From an uncultured Acidobacteriota bacterium (GTDB lineage: Bacteria > Acidobacteriota > Thermoanaerobaculia > Multivoradales > SZUA-115), in NCBI GenBank assembly GCA_963805975.1, contig CAWDVR010000003.1, positions 224,001 to 288,000 on the forward strand: DNA of 64,000 nucleotides, given 5' to 3'. Shown here one piece after another: positions 57,854 to 64,000 of this stretch. Position numbers and translations under genes: made by a program. The notes under the pieces are model-generated. The model was not told where the DNA came from. It did not search any database and worked only from the letters and a program-made list of their open reading frames with translations. Position 1 is the first letter of the stretch, and each line of letters opens with the position of its first letter.

Positions 57854-59387
57854 CGCTGGCATCCTCGTCAGTCCAGGCCCGCCTGGCATCCCGGGTCCGC
57901 GTGTCATCCTGAGCGCAGCGAAGGATCTGGGCGGGCTCTCCCGCGCCCAGGCCCGCCGCCTCGCGCGCACCGCTCTCCTCTTCGCCCTGGCCTTCGGCCC
58001 TGCCACCCTCGCCGCGCCGCAGGCCGGCCCTGCTACGGCGGCGGCCATCGACCCGTTCTACTCCGGCCTCCTCGCCGACGGCATGCAGAGCTTCGAGGAC
58101 CAGCAGTTCGCCGAAGCGGCCAAGAGCCTGCGCATCGCCTGCTTCGGCATGCTCGAGCACCCGGTGAAGCTCGGCGCCTGCCTCGCGCGGCTGGGGCTCG
58201 CCCAGGCCGAGAGCGGAGACCGCAACGCCTTCAACGACACCTTTCGCCGGCTGGCGGTGGTCGAGGAGCGCTTCCAGGGCTACCGCCAGGCCGAGCTGCC
58301 TGCCGCCCTGCGCGCCGGCTACGAGAAGTGGCTGGTGCGCTGGATCCCCGAGCTGCAGCTCGCCTCGGTCCCGGCCTTCGCGCCGCTCGCCGAGCGCCGC
58401 ATCGCCGCCAAGCTCCGCCGGCTGCCGCCCAAGGAGCGCCGGGCCGGGATCGACGAGCTGCTGCGGGACCAGCCGGCCAACCCTCGCTGGCTCGTGCTCA
58501 AGGCCGATCTCGAGATCGAGGAGGGCAGGATCGACCTCGGGCTGGCCTCGATCGACGCCGCGCTCGCCGCCGATCCCGCCAACGTCGAGGCCCGCTGCCT
58601 CAAGGGCTTCGCCGCTTCGGTGAAGGGAGACTGCGCCAAGGCCGTGGAGGAGCTGGCGGTGTGCGAGGCCGCGCGCCAGGACGCGAGCTTTGCCGAGGCG
58701 CTGCTCTCCTGCCAGGTCAAGCTCGGCCAGTGGAGCGGCGCTGCGGAGACACTCGCCGCCCTGCCCGAGGACCTCGCGGAGGACCGCCGCTTCGAGAAGC
58801 TCGCGCGGCAGGTGGAGAGGAACCGTGGCGCGCCTCCCCCTCCGGCCGGCTCCTCGAGCCGCACCGAGGCGGCCACGCCGGACCCGGCACCGGAAACCCA
58901 GGCCCCTCCGCCGTCGCAACCACCTCCCGAGGCACCCCCGAGCTCCACCCCGCCCGCCCGCGAGGAGCCGGTCCCGGCAGCGCCGCCACCCAGGCCGGCG
59001 CTCGGCGAGGAGGAGAGCCGCAAGCTCGTCGAGCTGCGCCAGCGCGTGGCCAGGGTGCAGTACAGCGGCGAGCTCGACGAGCCGTTCCGGCAGGCGGTAG
59101 AGATCGCCGACGCCCACCCCGAGGCACGCGAAGCGCAGTTCCTGGCCGGCGAGATCGCCTACCGTGCCTCGCGCTGGCAGGAGGCCGTGTCCTACTTCCG
59201 CCGCGGCGGCGACCCCGGCGAAGAGCGCCCCGTGCTGCTCTTCTACCTCGCCGTCGCCCTCTACGAGAGCGGCAACCGCGAGGCCGCCGCCGCCACCCTC
59301 ACCCGCGGCCTGCCCAGGCTCGAGAAGACCCCGCTCGTCGAAGGCTACCGGGAGAAGATCCTGGGGACGGGCAAGGTGGACGGCTAG
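57846..59387 (+). CDS. Secreted TPR protein with Pro/Ser/Thr-rich linker
   Basis: Hydrophobic segment, TPR helices, low-complexity linker at about 58830-59000. Confidence 0.75.
   Translation: MPDAGILVSPGPPGIPGPRVILSAAKDLGGLSRAQARRLARTALLFALAFGPATLAAPQAGPATAAAIDPFYSGLLADGMQSFEDQQFAEAAKSLRIACFGMLEHPVKLGACLARLGLAQAESGDRNAFNDTFRRLAVVEERFQGYRQAELPAALRAGYEKWLVRWIPELQLASVPAFAPLAERRIAAKLRRLPPKERRAGIDELLRDQPANPRWLVLKADLEIEEGRIDLGLASIDAALAADPANVEARCLKGFAASVKGDCAKAVEELAVCEAARQDASFAEALLSCQVKLGQWSGAAETLAALPEDLAEDRRFEKLARQVERNRGAPPPPAGSSSRTEAATPDPAPETQAPPPSQPPPEAPPSSTPPAREEPVPAAPPPRPALGEEESRKLVELRQRVARVQYSGELDEPFRQAVEIADAHPEAREAQFLAGEIAYRASRWQEAVSYFRRGGDPGEERPVLLFYLAVALYESGNREAAAATLTRGLPRLEKTPLVEGYREKILGTGKVDG
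57903..57929 (+). repeat. REP-like palindrome inside a CDS
   Basis: GTCATCCTGAGCGCAGCGAAGGATCTG (ATCCT/AGGAT stem), reading VILSAAKDL. Confidence 0.6.
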
Positions 59388-59480
59388 AAGCTGCTCCGAG
59401 TTTCAGCCTGCTTCTCAGTGCTCGGGATCGCGAGGCGGAGCGCCTGATAGAGTTTGAGCAGCCAACATGGAGACACGCCC

Positions 59481-59705
59481 ATGGCACCTTCAGCCCAAGC
59501 TCTCTTGCAGCAGGCTCTACATTTATCCTCCAACGACCGTGCTGAGCTGGTCGAAGGCCTTATCGTCAGCCTCGACAAGCCAGACCCCTCGCTGGATGCC
59601 CTGTGGCTCAAGGAAGCTGAGAGCCGACTGGCTGCCTATCGCTCGGGGGAGCTGGGCGCGGTGGACGCTGAGCAGGTCTTCGCTGAGCTGGGAAAGCAGG
59701 TTTGA
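59481..59705 (+). CDS. Addiction-module antitoxin
   Basis: ALHLS..DRAEL...SLD...W.KEAE.RL..YRSG; overlaps toxin start. Confidence 0.85.
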   Translation: MAPSAQALLQQALHLSSNDRAELVEGLIVSLDKPDPSLDALWLKEAESRLAAYRSGELGAVDAEQVFAELGKQV

Positions 59706-59995
59706 AGTCGAGGTTCTTGCTCCCGGCTCGCCGCGAGCTCCAGGAGGCAGTTCACTACTACAACCTCCAGCGTGTGCGCCTCGGCGACGAGTTTCGAGAC
59801 GAAGCCTTCGAGACAGTTAGGCGCATTGAAGACTTTCCTCTCGCGTGGCAACCCCTGGGCGGTGCCATTCGGCGCTGTCAGATGAGGCGTTTCCCGTATG
59901 GCATCATCTACGAACCCTCTGGGCTTGCGATCGTGGTGATCGCAGTGGCGCATCTCCATCGGGAGCCCGAGTACTGGCGCTCTCGGGTTCTGTAG
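59702..59995 (+). CDS. RelE/ParE-family toxin
   Basis: ARREL.EA..YY, LGDEF, RFPYGIIY, IAVAH..REP.YW. Confidence 0.88.
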   Translation: MKSRFLLPARRELQEAVHYYNLQRVRLGDEFRDEAFETVRRIEDFPLAWQPLGGAIRRCQMRRFPYGIIYEPSGLAIVVIAVAHLHREPEYWRSRVL

Positions 59996-60087
59996 GACGC
60001 AGCGTGGTCTTGGCGTACTTGTGCTCTCGCCTTGACACCTCCGCGTCTGAAGCCCACAATGTGTGCTTGTTCAGGAGGAGCGAAAAC

Positions 60088-60729
60088 ATGCGAGGTTCAG
60101 CTATTTCCGCGTTGGCGCTCTGCACCCTCGCAGTTGCCGCGCAAGCTCAGACGCCGATCGTGATGGTCGAGAAGGCCGCCTGTGTGCCCACCGAGGCCAA
60201 CGGCGTGATCAACGCGACCATCCAGCAGGAGATCGGCGGGGTCGAGCCGCGCCTCTATTTCCGCTGGGACCAGCACGGCGCCATGTACTGGGTGGACCTC
60301 TTCGCCGAGGGCGCCGGCAAGTACTGGGCGATCCCCGCCAAGCCCGAGCCGCGCAACGAGGAGATCGAGTACTACGTGGCGCTGGTCGATCCCGCGGGCA
60401 AGACGGTAGCGCGATCCGAGACCCAGCTCTCCCCGGTGCGCGACGACTGCGCGGTGGACATGACCGCCAAGCAGTTCGGCGTCGCCAACAACCTGACGGT
60501 CGGCGAGACCGTGCCCGCGCAGCAGGGCCGCCGCGTGCTCGGCTTCCTGTGCGACGGGGTGGTGACGCGGGTCAACTTCGAGGGCATCATGCGCCCGGAC
60601 GAGATCTGCCGCGGCTGCGTGGTGCCGTTCTTCACCAAGGAAGCGTACCTGGCCCCGGCGGCGATCGGCGCCGTGACCACGGTGATCATCGAGCCGCCGC
60701 CCCCGGAGACCTCGAAGTCCCGGCCGTGA
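60088..60729 (+). CDS. Secreted hypothetical protein
   Basis: RBS AGGAGG; signal peptide (AQA-Q); Ig-like 'IEYYV'; five Cys in the mature part. Confidence 0.75.
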   Translation: MRGSAISALALCTLAVAAQAQTPIVMVEKAACVPTEANGVINATIQQEIGGVEPRLYFRWDQHGAMYWVDLFAEGAGKYWAIPAKPEPRNEEIEYYVALVDPAGKTVARSETQLSPVRDDCAVDMTAKQFGVANNLTVGETVPAQQGRRVLGFLCDGVVTRVNFEGIMRPDEICRGCVVPFFTKEAYLAPAAIGAVTTVIIEPPPPETSKSRP

Positions 60730-60920
60730 TCTTGCTTCGTGCGCTGGGGTCTCCCACGCACTCCTCACGATTCAGCTTCGTCCCAGCCTCTCGACGCCTT
60801 CTGACCCGCTCCGTGGCGGGATCGGCAGGGCGCCGCCGTTACTCCCTCTAGGACGCAGGCTCGGCCGCATGGGGCGGCTCTCCTTCCGAGCCCCGGCGAT
60901 CCGGTTCGAGGAGAGATCTC

Positions 60921-62474
60921 ATGTCCCTGATCGAGAGGGTTCCGAGGGCGGCGAGGGTCGTTCCCTCGGTGGCAATCCTGCTGTTGCTGGGCGGCGGAAG
61001 CGCCGGCGCCCAGTTCCTGGCGCCCAGCCCGCAAGTGGTGATCCACACCGCGTTCCGCTACCAGCTCGCGGAAGGCGGAGACTGGTTCGGCCTGGCGATG
61101 GCCAGCGGCGACTTCAACGGCGACGGCCGGGACGACCTGGCGATCGCCGCACCTGGCGAGGACGAGGGCCCGGCACTCGACGCCGGTGCCGTGAGCGTGG
61201 CGCTCGGCACGCCGAACGGCCTGCGCTTCGACATCACTCCCACGCTGCTCCACACCTGGAACGGCTCACCGGACGTCGAGGGTGGCGACCTGTTCGGCGA
61301 GGCCCTGGCGAGCGGGGACTTCGACGGCGACGGCTTCGACGACTTGGCCGTGGGCGTTCAAGGCGACGACTCCGCGGCGGCCAACAGCGGCGTGGTCAAC
61401 GTCTACTACGGCGGCACCGGCAATATTGGGGACGCCCGCATCCAGGAGATCGCCCAGGGCCGGGACGGGATGGCGGGCGAGCGCGAGGAGCGCGACTGGT
61501 TCGGCAGCGAGCTCGCGGTGGGCGACTTCAACGGCGACTCGTACGCCGACCTCGCGATCGGGGTGCCCGGCGAGGGGATCGGCACCTGGTCGGCCGAGGG
61601 CAAGGGTGCGGTCCAGGTACTCTACGGCTCGCCCGCGGGGCTCGTCGTCGCCTTCGACAACTTCTTCCACCAGGAGGGCCTGACGGACGGCGGCGACTCG
61701 GAGCCGGTGGACTCGTTCGGCTCGGCGCTCGCAGCCGGAGACTTCGACGGCGACGGCTACGACGACCTCGCCGTGGGCGTCCCCAACGAGGACGTGGACG
61801 GGATCAGCAACTGCGGCGCCGTCAATGTGATCTACGGCGCGATCGGCGGCCTCGACCGCCAGCGCTCGAAGTTCTTCTGGCAGAACAGCAGCCCGACCCT
61901 GGGCGGCGCCGAGTCTGGCGACATGTTCGCGCGGAGCCTGGCGGCGGGCGACATCAACGGCGACGGCCGCGACGACCTGGCGGTGGGCGTGCCCTACGAG
62001 GACCTGGAGAACCTCGCCGAGGCCGGGGCGGTCAGCATCCTCTGGGGTGCGGCGGGCGGGCTGACGGCCACCGGCGGCCTGTTCCTGCACCAGGGGTCGC
62101 CGGGCGTGACAGACGCCAGCGAGGCCCAGGACTACTTCGGTGGGGAGGTGGTGCTGCGAGACTTCGACCGCGACGGCAGGGCGGAGCTCTTCGTGGGCAT
62201 CTGGGGCGAGAACGGCACTGGGGCCTACCAGCGGTTCTCGGGCAGCGCCGCGGGCCTGGTGCTCTCCACCAGCCTGCTGCGCTTCCAGCCGGGGCAGGGA
62301 GCCCAGGAAGCCGGCGACCAGTTCGGCATGGCGATCGAGCTCGGGGACTTCGACGGCAACGGCCGGCAGGACCTGGCCGTCGCCGCGCCCTCGGAGAACC
62401 TGGCCCACATCCAGAAAGCCGGCCAGGTCGATGTCACCTACAGCGCTCCGCCGCAGGTGATCGGGTTCCAGTAG
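60921..62474 (+). CDS. Secreted FG-GAP (integrin alpha-like) beta-propeller protein
   Basis: About seven FG...GDFxGDGxxDLAxGxP repeats. Confidence 0.92.
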   Translation: MSLIERVPRAARVVPSVAILLLLGGGSAGAQFLAPSPQVVIHTAFRYQLAEGGDWFGLAMASGDFNGDGRDDLAIAAPGEDEGPALDAGAVSVALGTPNGLRFDITPTLLHTWNGSPDVEGGDLFGEALASGDFDGDGFDDLAVGVQGDDSAAANSGVVNVYYGGTGNIGDARIQEIAQGRDGMAGEREERDWFGSELAVGDFNGDSYADLAIGVPGEGIGTWSAEGKGAVQVLYGSPAGLVVAFDNFFHQEGLTDGGDSEPVDSFGSALAAGDFDGDGYDDLAVGVPNEDVDGISNCGAVNVIYGAIGGLDRQRSKFFWQNSSPTLGGAESGDMFARSLAAGDINGDGRDDLAVGVPYEDLENLAEAGAVSILWGAAGGLTATGGLFLHQGSPGVTDASEAQDYFGGEVVLRDFDRDGRAELFVGIWGENGTGAYQRFSGSAAGLVLSTSLLRFQPGQGAQEAGDQFGMAIELGDFDGNGRQDLAVAAPSENLAHIQKAGQVDVTYSAPPQVIGFQ

Positions 62475-62547
62475 GCGGGGGCCCGCCAACTCCTGCCATA
62501 ATCGTCGTGAGCGGGTTCTGAGCAAGGAGCGCCCCGTCCATGACCCT

Positions 62548-63672
62548 GTGACCTCCGCCGATCTCGTGCTGGTCTCTGCCGGCCTCGAGCTCGACGGCGG
62601 CGGCCGAGCCGCGGCCGGGCGCCTGCTGGTCGAGAGCGCCACGCGCTGGGCCGACTCCAGCTCCCGCCGCCTCGCGGTTTTCCACCTCGGGAGCGAGGCG
62701 CCGCTCGACCCCGGCATCCCCGTCCGTCATTTCCACGGCTCGCAGCGGGCTCTGGCTACCGCGCTCTGGCGGTTGCAGTGGCGGCGGCGATCGGTCACCT
62801 CACGCCCGGCCCTGCTCTTCGACCTGCTCGGCCCGGCGCGGGCGCAGGCCTTTCTGCCGCGGCGGCTCGTCTCGCCCTACGCCGTGATGCTGCTCGGCAT
62901 CGAGGTCTGGCGGCCGCTCTCCTGGACGCGCCGCAGGGCCCTCGCGGGCGCGAGCCTTCGCCTCGCCATCTCCCGCGCCACGCTGGAACGCGCCCGGCCG
63001 TTCCTGCCGCCTCGGGCCCGCGAGGCCCACGTCCTGCACCTGGCGCTCGAGGACCGCCCCGCGAGCGGCGTGCCCGACGCGGGCCTCCTGGCCCGGGTCG
63101 GCGAAGGGTTTCTCCTCCTCGTGGGGCGGATGACGGCGAGCGAGCGCTACAAGGGCCACGACGAGCTGCTCGCGGCTCTGCCGCTCCTCGCCGAACGCTG
63201 CCGGGCCGCGGGCCTGCCCCCGCCCCGGCTGGTGGTGGCAGGCGACGGCGACGACCGGCCGCGGCTCGAGGAGAAGGCGCGGGCGCTGGGCGTGGCGGCC
63301 TCCGTGACCTTCACCGGCTTCGTGTCCGAAGCGACGCTCGCCGAGCTCCACCGGCGCGCCGCGGCGCTGGTGATGGTCTCTCGCGGCGAGGGCTTCGGGC
63401 TCGTCTACCTCGAGGCGATGCGCGCGGCGAAGCCCTGCGTGGCGGCGCGCGGTGGGGCCGCGGAGGAAGTGATCGCCGACGGCGAGACCGGCCTGCTGGT
63501 GGCGGCGGGAGTGGAGGAGGAGCTGGTCTCGGCCCTTTCGTGCCTGCTCGCCGACCCCGCTCTCGCCCGGCGGCTGGGGGAAGCGGGCCGCCGGCGATTC
63601 GACGAGCGCTTCAGCCACGAGGCCTTCGACCGGCGGCTCGCGGCCCATCTCGACGCGTTGACCGGCGCCTGA
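62548..63672 (+). CDS. Glycosyltransferase family 4
   Basis: VGRM...YKGHD, AGDGDD, EGFGLVYLEAM. Confidence 0.92.
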   Translation: MTSADLVLVSAGLELDGGGRAAAGRLLVESATRWADSSSRRLAVFHLGSEAPLDPGIPVRHFHGSQRALATALWRLQWRRRSVTSRPALLFDLLGPARAQAFLPRRLVSPYAVMLLGIEVWRPLSWTRRRALAGASLRLAISRATLERARPFLPPRAREAHVLHLALEDRPASGVPDAGLLARVGEGFLLLVGRMTASERYKGHDELLAALPLLAERCRAAGLPPPRLVVAGDGDDRPRLEEKARALGVAASVTFTGFVSEATLAELHRRAAALVMVSRGEGFGLVYLEAMRAAKPCVAARGGAAEEVIADGETGLLVAAGVEEELVSALSCLLADPALARRLGEAGRRRFDERFSHEAFDRRLAAHLDALTGA

Positions 63673-63677
63673 CGATC

Positions 63678-64000
63678 ATGTGCGGCATCAACGGCATCCT
63701 GCGCCTTTCGGACGCCGCCCCGGCGATCGACGACGCGAAGCTCCTGGCCTGCCGCGACGCGATGGCGGCACGCGGACCGGACGGCGCCGGGGCTTGGCGC
63801 TCGGGCGACGGCCGCGTGGCGCTCGGCCACCGGCGGCTCTCGGTCCTCGACCTCTCGCCGGCCGGCGCCCAACCGATGACCTCGGCCTGCGGGCGCTTCA
63901 CGATCGTGATCAACGGCGAGATCTACAACTTCCGTGCCCTGCGCGCCGAGCTCGCGGCGGCCGGCCAGACCTTTCGCAGCGAGAGCGACACCGAGGTGGT
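63678..64000 (+). CDS. asnB: Asparagine synthase-like glutamine amidotransferase, partial
   Basis: MCGING, RGPD, LGHRRLS, QPM, NGEIYNF, SDTEV; runs off the window. Confidence 0.9.
   Translation, partial: MCGINGILRLSDAAPAIDDAKLLACRDAMAARGPDGAGAWRSGDGRVALGHRRLSVLDLSPAGAQPMTSACGRFTIVINGEIYNFRALRAELAAAGQTFRSESDTEV

Noticed and set aside
46843-64000. Lasso peptide cluster (nucleotidyltransferase plus asnB-like gene)
   Set aside because: The asnB product keeps its N-terminal Cys glutaminase domain and follows a GT4. No B1/B2 proteins or lasso precursor were seen.

Overview
Very GC-rich bacterial window. The gene repertoire suggests Acidobacteriota, possibly Thermoanaerobaculia (inference only). 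It holds two surface-glycan blocks. (1) 2.8-20.2 kb: an SxtJ-like/carbamoyltransferase/SxtK-like trio converging on a long minus-strand operon with glycosyltransferases, a WecA-like transferase, an epimerase, an acyltransferase, three FkbM methyltransferases, a radical SAM enzyme and a carbamoyltransferase-methyltransferase fusion. (2) 43.6-64 kb: priming glycosyltransferase, two O-antigen-ligase-like proteins, a nucleotidyltransferase, beta-barrel/Wza/Wzc/CpsB export genes, TPR proteins, a GT4 and partial asnB. Between them are PBP1B, an ABC-F ATPase, a Tat-exported flavin amine oxidase with a ferredoxin-like Cys insert, an exported TPR-CHAT protease divergent from an ECF sigma/anti-sigma pair, metH under a SAM-I/IV riboswitch, an M14 peptidase and metF. 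Accessory items: several toxin-antitoxin modules (one doubly deleted), a Nif11-type RiPP precursor followed by a truncated ORF, a monoheme lipoprotein and REP-like repeats. No CRISPR array, rRNA, tRNA or transposase was seen. The best candidates for an undescribed system are the CHAT-ECF-anti-sigma module, the Cys-insert amine oxidase, the Nif11 locus and the carbamoyl/methyl glycan-decoration machinery. All family calls are by eye from motifs; no searches were run.
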